64,000 nt of DNA from the human T2T-CHM13v2.0 reference genome, Homo sapiens. Within the stretch, counting starts at the first letter, position 1; the number at the start of each line of letters is the position of its first letter. Under the pieces are notes generated by a model that saw only the letters and a program-made list of their open reading frames with translations, had not been told where the DNA came from and ran no database searches. Below are positions 41,201-55,366 of this stretch, piece by piece. A program made the position numbers and the translations under genes. The DNA lies in assembly GCA_009914755.4 (NCBI GenBank), contig CP068257.2, forward strand, positions 36,832,001 to 36,896,000, given 5' to 3'.

Positions 41201-41779
41201 CCTGGGGTAAGAGAAGTGATTGTCTAGGAGAGGCAGCTTGGAATGAATAAAAACAGGTCCAGGAAGGATCCCTCAGCATTTAAGAGGCTCAGGAGGGGTC
41301 CCCCTCATCATCCTTGTTGTCCTTTGTGTTTTTCAAGCCGCCTTCCAGGTGGATAGCGATTGCAATGAGAGAGAAAGAGTATGGAAGGAGAATAAGAAGA
41401 ATAGGGAGACACAGAAGTTAACAACGCCCTGAATGTCTCCTTCCAGGACCTGCTGTGCAGTGTCCGGTGAACTCACCAGCAAGCATTTCCCAGCCCTGTT
41501 TTAAGCAATCTCCAATGCAGATCAGGTGCTCGTGAATAATTGGGAGCTCACTGTGTCTGTCAGAGTTCTTACTTTATAATGAAGAGATAAAAACATGTTC
41601 ATCACAGGAAAATGGACAAATTGGCTAATTGAAAACAAAATTCAATTCACAAACTGTTGTAGAAATTGAAAAAAAAAAGGTAGGGGGAAATGCTTTTCAT
41701 AGATTCCCTGATTTTAGTCTTAGAAGAAAAATGTATTTGGCTTGAATGAATAGTAAAATTAACTAACTTTGATTGAGGA

Positions 41780-41970
41780 GCTTATGTGTGCCATATACAG
41801 TTCTGGGCTCTTGCGACTTGGTGAATCTCACTATAACCCTGTGAAGTAGGAACTATCACTCTACCCATTTCACCGATGGAAAAGCCTATCTCCTGTGAGG
41901 CTGTGGCTTGCCAAAGGTGAAATGGCCAGGAAGTAGAACAGCCAGGGAGTGAACCCCAAAAGCCAGGTGG
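41780..41970 (+). mobile_element. MIR SINE
   Basis: The MIR core is present: ...ctcactataaccctgtgaagtaggaactatcactctacccatttcaccgatggaaaagcctatctcctgtgaggctgtggcttgccaaaggtgaaatggccagg. The consensus is cctatgaggtaggtactattattatccccattttacagatgaggaaactgaggctcagagaggttaagtaacttgcccaaggtcacacag. Confidence 0.6.
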
Positions 41971-44199
41971 GAGCCCATTTCCCCTGCCCACTGCACGAGA
42001 CCCCTCCCCGGTTTGAAGATCCGATAGGGGCACTGCTGTTAGCTCCCCCTGCGTCCTGGCAGCAGCACAGTCAGCAGATGGTCACTGTGGAGAAGGCGGA
42101 GCTGACCACCTCCATTTTCCTATAAGGGAGCTAGGGCCAGGAGAGGTGCGTTCACCTGGGGAAGTCCTGCAGCATCAAACTAAAGCTCCGGGCCACCCTC
42201 TCCCAGATGGGCCTCTTTCCACTTCCCCTTGCCAGCAGCTATATCTATGCCTCCCATCCGTTGCACGGAAGATAAGGCCAATCCCTTTTCCACAGAGGCT
42301 ATTTTAAGGATGCCACGAAGAAATACAGAGTACCAAGTGCCTCCCTGGGCCAAAGATAAAAGTGGGCTGTGCTCTCTGGATTCAACCTTCATGTTTTTGA
42401 TGCTCTCTGGAAGGTCAGGGAAGGCACACATATCGTATGGATCCAAAGAGGACTACGCAATGCAAAACCACATACTTTTTTTTTCTTTTTAACTTGGAGC
42501 AATGTCTTGGGACATCTACCTCAAATTGAGACACAAACTAATTGTGTTGACAGATTCTAAAGTGTTGTTTCAACAGTTTCTTCTTCCTCAAAGGTGAGCA
42601 TCATGTGCACACTGTCAAAATTAAAAAAAAAAAAAAAAGACCCAATAAAACCCGATGAAACCCAAAGAGCATGGAGATGAGAAACTCACTGCTGGCTGAC
42701 GATCTGAATGAATGGCCTTGGGGGGAATGTGAATGTGGAGGTAGCAGAAGGGTCCTGTCTTCAGTGCTGATTCTGTATCAATACTTGGTAAATTTAAAAA
42801 ACAAAAAAACCAGCAAGGGAGATTTTAAATCATCAAGGCAGAAGGATTTAAAAAGTGGAATGTGTTAAATGCAAGAGTGCGGGATCTTTGCATAAAGTTA
42901 TTATATTTTCAAAAATTCGACAAGCATTGTTTTTACCAAACGTGTTTAAAGTAACAGCCCTGAGGTTAATGTTATGATTGGATTCTGATGTGGCACTTTA
43001 AAAATAAATCATTTTGCTTGGCCTTAGCATTTCTTTTCAAAATGTCTCTGTACTTATCTGTGTACAACAGCAGATTACCGTTCTTCCCAGAGTTTAATTC
43101 CATGAACACCCTGCTGAAAGACTTGTTAAGGCCTTATGGAAAACTCTGACCTGCGTGTTCATTATTGACGCCCAAGACGAGTGCAAGGAAGTTGATACTT
43201 GGGATGAGGAAATTTAAATCAGCAGCTGATCTGGAATCTGGAAGCACTGCCCCTTGGATCTCGCCAAATATGGAAAGAATTCTTGTCACTGAGCAAATAT
43301 AGAATTCAGTGCTAGAGTTTTACCTCTTGAATTTTCTAGAACTTTGTTTTGATTAGCCACCTAGAGTATAAGAATTGCTGTTTCTCTGCACAGTAATTCA
43401 CTATGTACAGCTAGGGTGAATAGCAGGAAAAAAGAGATCAGATGATAAAGAGAAGGGAGACAGATTTGTGTGACTTGTATAAGATACTTCGCCTCTCTAA
43501 TCCTTTGTCCTTATCTGTAAGAAAGCAGCAGTACCCAGGCTGCTGTGAGGATCACATGAGACATTATGAGAGTTTAGCACAGGACTTGGCACATAACAAG
43601 CAGTTATTAGGATGATGTTAGTTTGGATTATGAATTCAAGATACTACAGCTACATTTTTTATACTTTCTTAAACATCAATTTAAGTCAATTTTAATTAAC
43701 GTTATTTTACTAGGAGAAATGTCTCTAAAAACATAAGAATTCTATTTGAAGTCTACAATGATAATTACATTACTCTGATATCTTAACTTCCTCTTTATGA
43801 TTTCAAATAATTAAAATTTAAGTTTATGTTTTCAACAAGTGCTTATTGAACCTCTACTCTTTGCCAGTCACTGTTGAGGACACAGAAGAAATGGATAAGA
43901 TATCACTAAAAACAGCTTCTGCGATATCAGTGGGTATACATAAATTATTCACACTCAACAACAAACACAAGCAAAGCTGGGAGAATGTGCTGACAGGAAA
44001 GAAAATGAAGAGTGGGAGAGTGGACAGATGGGAATCGATGTGAAATTTTATAAAACATGTCTTGGCCAAGCTCAGTAGGGGAAATATGTGGAAAGTAAGC
44101 TAGACCAAACAGGGAATAAAAGTATAAATAAGAAAAAAAATCCAGAGGTCACAGTGGACCACTAGCCAAAATGGGTTCACAGCAAACAAACAAAAAAAT

Positions 44200-44860
44200 G
44201 TAATGAAATACTAAAATTAAAGAAGTACAAATAAAAATGAGATTCTGTTCTTATCTGTCAGAATGGCAAAGATTCAAAGAGTAAAATATTCAGAGTTGTT
44301 ATGGGTGTAGTGTGGAACTGGTCTCATATGTGGCTAGAAAAAGGGAGAACTGGTATAATCCTTCCAGAGAATAATCTGGTAATTATTTTTTAAATTGGCA
44401 AATATTTAAATTTGGCAAAGACTTAAAAAATATATATACCCATTGGCTCAATAATTCCTTTCTAGGCACCAATACTAATAAAAAGTATTCAAAAAATTAA
44501 ATAGATGGTGTACTGCAATATAATGAGTGAAACATCGCAAGCAGCATCACTTTATACACTAGGATATTGGTTATAAAATGGTAATACATATTTTAGATAG
44601 AATATAATGAAACAAAAATTTTGCTTATCAAAAAATGTTAGTAACATGGGAAAATGCTTGTAAAACAATGCTAACTGAGAAGAGCAGGACAGGTAGGTAG
44701 ATACAAGGCCAAACAGATACACACGGTGGAGAGACATATCCCAATTGTTAGGAATTTGCTGTGGTTGGTTAGGATCTGAACAATTTATATTGACTTTGTG
44801 ATGACTTTTAAACGTTTTCTCTACCATAAGAATTTTTTATGTTTATAATTTATGCTAAAG
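44200..44860 (+). mobile_element. Ancient LINE-1 (L1M-type) ORF2 C-terminus / 3' end remnant
   Basis: The sequence is highly diverged but collinear with the L1 ORF2 3' region. Recognisable motifs: ...gagttgttatgggtgtagtgtggaactggtctcatatgtggctag, ...atatacccattggctcaataattcctttctaggcacc and ...tgcttgtaaaacaatgctaactgagaagagcaggacagg. It ends in an A/T-rich tail near 44860. Confidence 0.4.
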
Positions 44861-45319
44861 AACAAGATGTATTTTTTGTAATTCAGGAGTAAAGAGGAGA
44901 GTGGGGTATTCCAGGGTGCTGTTCCTGCCCTAACCAGGAGCACGATGCAGTCATAGGCCTCTGCCCTCCTCCAGCAGCCTCGGCTCAGAACAGGACGAAG
45001 CCAACCCTCTCTGACCAGCACCACCTCGGGCGACCCCTGGACGCTCCACCTGCCCCTGTGTGTGGTACCTGCCCTGCTACACCTTTAACAAGCACCCCTG
45101 CAAGCTCCCTCCTCCTTCCTTCCCTGTCCTGTGGCTGCCCAGACCCAGATGTACCCTGCCTGGGTGTGGGAGGCCGCACATCAGAGCAGTCTATGGCTGT
45201 GGGCTTCACAGCTGAAGCTGGGCCGTGGGAAATGTTGAGACGAGTGAGTGCAGAGCCTGAAAGACAATACGGTAGAAAAGGTTACATCCGCGGGGGGGCG
45301 TCTGATGGCATCTGCCATT

Positions 45320-45470
45320 TATTGAGGATGGGTGCGAGACAGGGTAGCCATTATGATCCCATTTTACAGGTGACGAAACTGAGATCAGACAGGCTAGCTA
45401 CCTTGCCCAGGGTCACAACAGGAAGGAAGCAAATGCAAGTGTGTCTGCGGCCACGTAAGGTGAGAGAAGC
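45320..45470 (+). mobile_element. MIR SINE core
   Basis: The sequence ccattatgatcccattttacaggtgacgaaactgagatcagacaggctagctaccttgcccagggtcacaacagg matches the canonical MIR core. Confidence 0.65.
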
Positions 45471-48400
45471 GCTATCAGGGGTGGTCTGACAGAATCCCCA
45501 GGCCAGGGAGCAGTTGTCCTCTATCCTGTGGGGTCAAAGGAGGGGACAAGAAGGCTCTCCTTGAGGTAGCTCCAAAGAAAAGACCCCGCCAGAGCACAGT
45601 GTGCTACCAAACGCTGGAACAGCCTGGAGACTGTCCCTGTCTCTTCTCTGAGGTTTCTCATTTCAGAGAAACTCTCATCCGTCTGGCTTCCCCATGGCCC
45701 TTACTCTGTGATTCTCTTATGTATCAGCTGTTAAACCAATAAATCCGCCAAATTGTTGGGATGCCTATAATGGCTTTGGGTCTCCACTCCCACAGAGGGA
45801 ATCTTATTCTAAAGTTCTAAATGTATCAGTCATATTTTCCTGAAGACAACAGAAATGGTTGTTTCATTTACTTATTTTTATGTATGCTTTTTCAAGAGTT
45901 GTTAACCTGTGTTTGTGTTTAAATAAAGATCTGTTTTGCAAAACAAAAACTTTATGAGATAATCACTTATAAACGTAGATAATTAAGAAATGGTTCAGGC
46001 TCAGCACATTGTCTGAGAGCATTGCAGTCCTGCACTGTATTTCATGGGGGAAGAAAAGCCCACAGATGGAGCCATTCTCAATCCTGCTTTCCAGGGTCAC
46101 TGAGTCAGGGTGCCTGGCATGCATGGGTGCATGCACACACAGGCAGAGGGCCAGGGAGAACTGTGCTGTGTCCACAGAGGGCAGCCTGGATCACAGAGCT
46201 GACCAAGAACGGAAGCAGCAAGTTGTTTTAAAGTAGTTGCCTGTAAAGCCACTTTTCGGCAAGGACAAACACTCAGAGCATGCTCTGAAATGACTTATGC
46301 ACAGCAGGGCAGCGGCATTTTGCCCCTGGCCTTCCTTCCATTCTCCCGGAATCCCCCTAAAGTAACAAGGACTGACGCAATTCGTATTTCACTTAGCCAA
46401 CAGGTTGATGAAAAATCATAAATCTGTAGCTATTAAACTCATTAATCACATCCATCAAAATTCTGTGAGGAGTTAACTTTCTTCATATAACTCTTAGTCT
46501 TAATTAAGTTTCCCTCACATGTGATAGCAAACGTTCAAGAAGTGCAAATGTGCAGACGTGGCGTATATAATGCAAGCTTTATGTCTTTAAATTAATAAAA
46601 TTGAGTCCTATCAGGTCGTGTTTCAATTACCATCAAACCTTCCAACCTCTGTTAATTCAAAAAAAAGTAACTTCTTTAGGCAAGTCATGGAAATAGCACT
46701 AGGGTGCCCTCAGGTCTCCACCAAGCCTTGTTAGTAACTTTCCATGTCCTGTCTGATTTTTAAGATGCTTTCCCCTGATGCTGCTGCCGGCTGCTGGCTC
46801 TCTCCACATCCTTCAATGTCAGATCTCTGTGATGATGGAAAATCCCCCACATTCCCTTTTTACACATTAAGTATCTTTCTAGGATCAGAACTTGCAACCT
46901 GGGGTTCATGTTCTCCTTAAAAGGTCCGGGGAGAGGACTGTATTTCTGTTGTAATTCTATGTATTTCTTTTTAGGCACCAGAAAGTATTATTCTGAGAAA
47001 GGACTGTAGGCTTCACTAGACTTCCCAAATTGCAGATGGCATTAAAAAAAAAGGAATCAGGAAAGTCTTTGGGAAATTAGGCTAAAACTCCTAACTGAAG
47101 CACAATCGAGTTTTCAGTGCAACAGCAGGATCCCTGCAGTCTGTAGCAAACACTGAGATGTTTGTGGGGACAGTGGGGCCGGTGAGGTTCAGCACCTCTC
47201 AATATTGTCAGATGTCACCAATGCCCAAGGGAAGCACCAAAACCAATCAGTGAATTGTCTGCAAACCATCAGCTTTGTTGCTTCCAAGTCTTTACTAGAA
47301 CTCTTAAGCTGATCTTAAAATTCACAGACACTTAGAGATAAATGAACACTCTCACATAAGTTCCCAAAATTCCTTTACTTCTTCCAATTGAAACATTTTG
47401 TTCCCAATTTCAAGTTACCAAGGGAAAATGATGGTAAGAATCACAAAGACTGGATACGAATATTTAGCTTTTCATAGTGTCTCATAGGGTCTTACAAATG
47501 TTAATGCAAAAAAATAAAAACTCCACTCAAATGCAGAAAACCAACTTAAAAAATTCAGAGCATCTGATACCTAATCGACTAATTGATTTATTTACTGAAA
47601 CAACAAAAAAACAGAGTGCATTGAGACTGGAAATTGCCTCTATGGGGGGCTGTTTCCTAATTCCAGTGGACAGCCATCATTTTCCCTATGCTAACTTGGG
47701 CTTTGCGCTAACGTAATTGAAACTGTAGTCAACAGACTCAGGACCTCCTTTTTCCACTCTATAAACAAGGCTGTAAAATCATCTCATTACTTTACCCAGG
47801 AAATCTAACAGAAACATGTCTTAAAGGAAGTCACCTATAAAGAGGGCCTATTTTAACAGAAGATTAAAAAAAAATTCACCTGTAGTCATTCTAAGGGTTC
47901 ACTTGGGTACATACAATAAACACATAATGCAATGTAATAAAATGTTAAATCAAGCATAGTACCTTAGACAAGTGTAAACTATTATTTCCAAAAAAGTGTT
48001 CAGAAAATCACAAAATATTCAAACTTTCAAAATAGCTTCATGTATTCATAAATGTATACTTCAAATTAAACAGTATAACACATTTGGATGTTTTGCAAAA
48101 TGTACCTACCTTCTAAAGGATGGTCTGTTATTTCAATGTCCTTTTTAATGCACTGAGTTTTTTGGGGAAAAAAACCACATAAGATCGTACCCAAGCTATT
48201 CAAGATTTACACAGAATATTTGATTTAACATGCATATGAATAAGGATGAAAATAAGAACAAAAAAATAACATTTTGGGTCACAAAATCAAGTAATTTCTA
48301 TTCATGTAGCTACAAGTAGGGCACATTAACTCTCAATTTTATAATTCCTGTCTATAGGAGCCATATTTCAGCAGATTCCAATCCTTGAAGCCAAAGAAAG

Positions 48401-51003
48401 AAAAGTATAAGGTGAAAGTTCTTGGTACACAGATTTTTAATATATTATTGAACACACCTTGAGAAATAAAAGCTGAACTTCTCAAACACAGTTTCTATGG
48501 TACATATGAGTCAAATCTTCTAATACAAACATTTCAAATTATGAAAATACCAAACCAAAGAGTATTTTTGAAAATGGCTTGGCCCAATTCTGGGCAAACT
48601 TCCATTTTCTTATGCACTTTCCAACAAACTAAAAGCCTTATGAAAACACCACCAAATGCTTCTCACCTCCGTGCAGCAAAACTAAAGACATGCAACAAAC
48701 ACAATTTTCTTTTCCCTCCACTCAGCATCTGCTTTTGTTGCTGATTTTTCACATTTCTACAAATGTCACGAAGGCATGGTGGCCTTTAAAACAACTGAAC
48801 GGACCCCCATTCAAGACTGCATGCCCCTTGACTTGTAGTCACCATTAAATTGGCTTCATTTCCAGGAATCAGGCCATATTTAGGATTGTACCTGTGCAGA
48901 TTTACCTCCACATTAATCTCTACATGCTATCTACTAAAAACTTAGGCAAGGAAATGCATCAGACCAAACACCCCACAGCACAGAGAACCGACCGGCCATT
49001 GCTTTCCAATCTCCGCAAACCTAACCATTGCTGGAAGAAATCTTACTCACAGTGCACAGACAGTAGGTATTTTATTGAAGATAAACATATAGTGGAACAA
49101 ACCAAATTACCCCCATTTGAGTTACGTGAGCACTCAGTTCTCAGCGTGGATGTCCCACAAATCAAGTCAACATTTGCGTCCCATTACCAGCAGCCACTTG
49201 CCGAGTATCTCTTCGCTTCCACTGGGACTGCCTGGCATCCCTGATGCTAAGGAGCCACTGAAGAGCCTCCAAATGTCTGACATTCACAAACGCATCTTTT
49301 GCTTTGACCCGACCCTTCAACCTCTCCGAGTCTGCTGCCTTTTCTCAGACACACATCCAGGCACCGTTAGGGATAGTTAGAGAATCTGAAAATTCAGAAG
49401 CGCTCCGAAAAGCCTTTCCAAAAGTAATCCACAGCACTCAACAGTGAATTTAGAAACCCCAATTTTTTTCTGAGTTTGAAGTTTTTAAGCCTTGCGGATG
49501 GTTGGAGTAGGAAAAAGGAAATTTACTAGGCAGTGCAAAGGAAATCTTGTTGTCCTCTATTGTGGCAGTGGGGGTGTTGCCCAACCCTAACTTATCTGCC
49601 TTGATAAAGGAAACCAAAGAAAAGAGTAACAAGAACAAGATTTTGTCAAATTAAAAGGAACCCTTTCCTTACCTTAATAGTGCTGGCCATAATGCAATCA
49701 AGTTTATTGATCGTTAATAAATGTTAATAATAATTATTGCTTCTCTCTGACCAGAAAGTAGTTTTGATGAGGTTGTTTAGAGCGGATGAGATTGTGCTAA
49801 GTCTGGGAAATGAAGTCAGCCAATGGCAGGAAGAGGTTTCTATTGGTCCTGGCTGTCCAGCCCAAAGAAACAGGATATTTGGGAGTGGAGAGATAAGAGA
49901 CCCTGAAAACAATGTTGTTTTTCTTGATGATATGCAGCCAGGAGATTTTTTTTTTTTAATTAAAAAAAGAAAAGGCATCAATTGGGATGGGGACTGCCAC
50001 AGCAGGTGTGACCGGTGTGCCGCCGTGTGACACACTGCACTGAGACCAAGGCAGGATGCAGATGTGATGGGACTCCGCATGGCTTCACACGGGCTGCAAG
50101 CACCTTGGAGCCAAGGCGTTGAGGGCACCCCACTGCCCTGGGTGTCAGCCCTTCGCAGCCCAATTCTTCGCAGAATTACTAGGACAGAGGACTTGAGCTC
50201 CTTTCTCCTAAAAGGAAACTTTGCAGGTGGAGTTTATTTCATGTTAATAGATGGCCATGTTCAGTAACAGCCATTGCCTGGCTGATTTTTAACAACCTAT
50301 ATTTATTCAACATTTCATATAAGTGTTCCAGAACAGTTTCATTTTCTCCTTCCAAATACCTGCACTTTTTATTTGCTCTACAACAAAGTTGTTGAAAACG
50401 CAAGGACTCTAGGCTTACAGTAAACACGAAAAATAAAGAGGAAAAATAAACCTTCCTAAGTCTTGTTTTCAAGTATTTATTAAAACCCAAATAACTGAAG
50501 TGACTACAAATGTCCCGGAATATCAGTGAGCTGGTCTCACTCTGACAGACATCCATGTTGCAGACAACAGATCCTCATAGAACTTTTGGCTACCCAGAGA
50601 TGCCATGTGAGGGCCCCATTACATGTCTAAAATCCAAGCTATAAGTTCAGGGTCACAGGTCGGTTTTCTCCTCGAAGGAAGTACAGCGAATGCAGGCCTG
50701 AACATTCCTTAGAGGGTTTCAGGACTTTAATTACTCATTTTCAGGAAATTGCTTGGAAGAAACATTTTGCTTTGAATCTAGCTACAGGAACGCAGGACCC
50801 ATAAAGAGGTGTGGTCTCAATAGGCGACCCCAAGAACACAATAGACTAAATCCTGAGTCATCTGACAATTCCTGGTTGCAGAGCTGGACGTTCAGTAAAT
50901 GGATTTCACTCAGACTTTAGGCCGGCATGTGTCAGAGTTCTGTCCACCAGCCCAGGTCATTCTGGCTTTTATTATATACCTCTGATTTATCACCTCATGT
51001 TAG

Positions 51004-51237
51004 GACAAAAGAAGGAGGAGAAGGAGAAAGATAAGGGGGGAAAGGGAGAGGAAGGAGAGGAGGAGGAGGAGGGAGGGAAGAGGGCGAGAAAAAATGGAGA
51101 AGGAGAAAGGAAGGACAGAAGAGAGAGAGAAAGGAAGGAGGATGGGAGGAAGGAGGGAGGAAGGAAGGAGAAAGGGAGGGAGGGAGGGAAAGAAAGAAGG
51201 AAAAGAAAAGAAAGAGAGTATATTGTAAGAAAATCAT
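51004..51237 (+). repeat. Polypurine/polypyrimidine tract, about 234 bp and roughly 97% purine on the + strand, (GGAA)n/(GA)n/(GGA)n-rich
   Basis: The tract reads agaaggaggagaaggagaaagataaggggggaaagggagaggaaggagagg...gaaagggagggagggagggaaagaaagaaggaaaagaaaagaaagagag with only about 4 pyrimidine interruptions. The Lys/Glu/Gly- and Pro/Ser/Leu-rich ORFs on the two strands are artefacts. Confidence 0.9.
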
Positions 51238-51910
51238 TCTGTGGAAATCAGAACCTAAGTTCTCAGCACCTACATTATGAGGGGGTGTTGATTTCCGCTC
51301 TTTTCATCTCTGAACAATGAATAAGATGGCAGGCTGATTAAAATTCTGTTTCCCCCGAAAATTTCAAAGTCCTGAGCTGTTTTATCTGGGCAGCTTCCAC
51401 TAGAATTCTGGAGTGCGGAGGAGAAAAGCTCTCTCAGCTTCCCTGAGTGTCCTTGCTTTTTGTTCTCTCCTAAGAAGCATCAATGTAAAATGTTAACTGT
51501 GGCCTCCACAACACATGGCACCTGATTATGCCTTTACCAAACACCAGCTTTAAATAAGATGAACGCTTTGCTAATGAAATAGCCACGGAAGAAAATCCTG
51601 TGTGGTCCCGCCTCACCCACGCCTCGTGGTTGCTAATCCAGCCCTCAGTTGTTCCCTGCAGCAGGAAAGATCAGCATTTCTACTGGGACCTAATGCTTCA
51701 GTGATGATTTGGCCTTAACTCCCTGGTTCTTGCCTAATGCAAATCAAACTGTGAAGAGTGGGATTTCTTACCTCTCTATTTTGAAATAATTTCCAACTTA
51801 CAGAAAAGCCACAAGATAATACACCAAACTCCTAATACCCTTTGCCTGGTTAACTCTGATTGTCTACTGGTGCCAATGTACATCATTTTCTCTGCTTTCT
51901 CTCACACATG

Positions 51911-51943
51911 CTCTCTCTCTCTCAATCTCTGTCTCTCTCTCCC
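51911..51943. repeat. (CT)n microsatellite
   Basis: The tract reads ctctctctctctcaatctctgtctctctctccc. Confidence 0.75.
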
Positions 51944-52337
51944 ATATTTATTTATGTATAACATACATGCATGCATATATCCATCATTTTCTAACTAATA
52001 AAAATATTGTTTTATAAGAGACAAATTTATTTATTGGATACTAAAAAAGAGAAAAACAGATGCTATTATTTGATCAATATTCAATCCATAAGTTTTACTG
52101 CGTCTAATTTTGGAAATGCATACAAACATAAAAAGTGATCTAATAAAAAGTTAATTTGGGGATACTGAGTGGTAAATTCTGTTCCAAAATTTTACAAAGG
52201 AAACTCCTCCTCATTTCTAATGACAAAATGTTTGATTGATTCCTGTTGTCTTCAAAGAGAATAATTCTTGATGTTTCAAATGGCATCATAGCATCCAAGC
52301 CTGGTAATCTCTGACTATTTAATGTAAAGTGTTTTAA

Positions 52338-52677
<340 letters not shown>

Positions 52678-54037
52678 AAGGCACATCTATTAACTAGAAT
52701 ATAGCAGTGCAGAAACCGTTTCCCAAATATTATCCTATGGGGAAATTATCTGAAGATATAGATATCACTCTAGCTTTCCTCACTTGTACCCCAAGTCTAT
52801 GTTATTAAATGGCCTCATCCCTACACCACCCAGCAGCCTAAGAACCAGGCTGCCTTTCCCACCTGATACCTCCTCTCCCTAGGGAAATATGCCCTCCAAG
52901 CCACCACGCGGACCAAGTTAGGGGGCAATCTGGCACACGGCCCCTACCTGAGGCCCGTCCTGCCATGAGCCTATCAGGGCAGGGTCCTTTTTCACTCTCC
53001 TTGAGATGCAGTAATCACCACACTAGACCAGCACAGCCCATACAGTAGCTGTGGACAGCAGAACCTATGAATAAAGCACACATTTCCCTTGCATGCTTCT
53101 CTGCCACAAACCCATCCCCTGTGAATCTGCCAAAACCTTCCACTAGTCTCCTCACATTTTACTCCAAAGAAAGAAACAAAATAATATAACATAAATATAC
53201 CATAAATTCACTGTCACAATAAAAGAAACACTAGTATTTATTTATCCTAAAATCATTTCTTCCCATTTTCTAAAGATCGAACAAGTTCTCATTCTTGTTC
53301 CCTTACTAACTTCTCTGTATGGAATATGGGGAGGAAGGTTAGGAGCTAAGAACACTCTGAATGACAGCCACATGGTTCTCAATGTAATACATGCGCAGAG
53401 CAAAGAGAGGAGATCCGTCTGAACCTCCACATCTGTGGGGACACAACAGAAGATTCACTCATGACTCATTCATGTCTTTATCCCTGCCCTATACATCCCT
53501 ACAATGGAACGCCCTTCCTCCTCAAAAACATTGCAGGAAAATGATGTCGTAGATGAACACTTAGCAATATGGAAAACTGCTCTGATATTTTACCTGGTTA
53601 GTTAAAAAATCACAGTATATAGGAGAATTATATCCATAGACTCATTTTGTTAAAAATAAAAAGGCAGTTGGGGATGGCCGTGCATTCTGTTCCAAAGCAT
53701 CTGTGAACCTGAGGAATAGACACCATGAGCGAAGCTAACCTTCCCGAGTTGAAAAATGAAATGCAATGGTGGCAGACATGTCCAAGGAATATTATGGGGA
53801 CTCGATCCCTTTATGAATCTTGTCATAGATGAATGTGTGGAGATGTCAACTAGTTGGCAGCAGAACAGTATTGGAACGGTGGTAATACAAGGAAATAGTA
53901 TCATCATATTAGAAACTTTGGAATGAGTATAAATAATGGCTGTTCAACAGAAAAACCCATGTCCCCTCTCCAAAGGGCCTGTTTCACTATATGTAAAAAT
54001 TAGGTCATGTATGTTTTCATATTAGACTTTTTGTTAA

Positions 54038-54336
<299 letters not shown>

Positions 54337-55300
54337 AATAACCTTTTGTAATAGTCAAAAAATAAAAAATAAATAAAAAGGCAAAGTAAAAATATTGACA
54401 GCTATATCTTATAATACCAATGGCAGAGAAGCTTTTTGTTTTTTCCCCTCTTCTTCTTTGGTTCACTTATATTTTCAAAACATAAATTTGTAATAAACAT
54501 AAATTATATCCTAATATAAAAATATGTAAGTAACATGCAATGTTGTTCATTTTTGTAAATATCTGAAAAATACAGGCATGTTCTGTAAAAAGTGCAGCCC
54601 ACAATACTTGTAGGTGTCAAACCTTTTAGCATGCCCAAATGCCTGTTCTTTTTTAAATGTCTACAGCAAGCATAGAGCTCTTTTTTTTTTTTCATTTTAT
54701 TAAGAAAACCCAGAAACGCTCAAGAGTTTCGTGGAGGCCATCTATGCGGCATTAATCCATTCAGGTGATATTAATGGCCTTTTCCTGCCAGGAACTCCAG
54801 TGGGCACTCAGGAAGCCAGGATTACAGGGCTCTATCCAGTCACCGCATGTCTCGGCATCGGGAAGCCTATCTCAGTCTCCTCAAATTCTGCACACATAAA
54901 ACTTCAGAGCCTGGGAGCGACCCATGAAACGCAGGTTTTTAAGGACAAAACAATAGGACAAAAGTGCTGTATATTGTCCTTAAGATGACACATGAATTTA
55001 AAATGCATAGTGTTTGGATTATTCATGAGAGCCCCGCAAGAACGATGTCCCAGGGGTTTTTGCCAGGAACATGCCTGAGATTGTAGATAAGAATCAAGCA
55101 TCTGGGGCTGCCGCACAATGGAAAACTCCAGCACTCCATGGAACTTTTCCATCTGCAGCAGTCGGAGGATTTGCCTGAGAACATACGCGGCATGAAGACA
55201 CTCTCAGCCCTCAAGGGCACCCAGTCAGCGCTGTTTAAGGACGGTTTTTCTGTTCACAGCATACTTCATGATTACAGCTTCACTCCATTGGATACAACTA

Positions 55301-55366
55301 TGTGAGTATGTGTGTATGAGTGTGTGAGTGTGTGTATGAGGGTGTGTGTGTGGGGGGGTAGGGGAG
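55301..55366. repeat. (TG)n-rich imperfect microsatellite
   Basis: The tract reads tgtgagtatgtgtgtatgagtgtgtgagtgtgtgtatgagggtgtgtgtgtggggggg. Confidence 0.75.

Noticed and set aside
45058-45489. A 143-aa plus-strand ORF in a GC-rich patch next to a MIR element.
   Set aside because: It is Pro/Gly/Ala/Arg-rich as expected from GC-rich non-coding DNA. It terminates inside the MIR SINE core. There is no homology signal.
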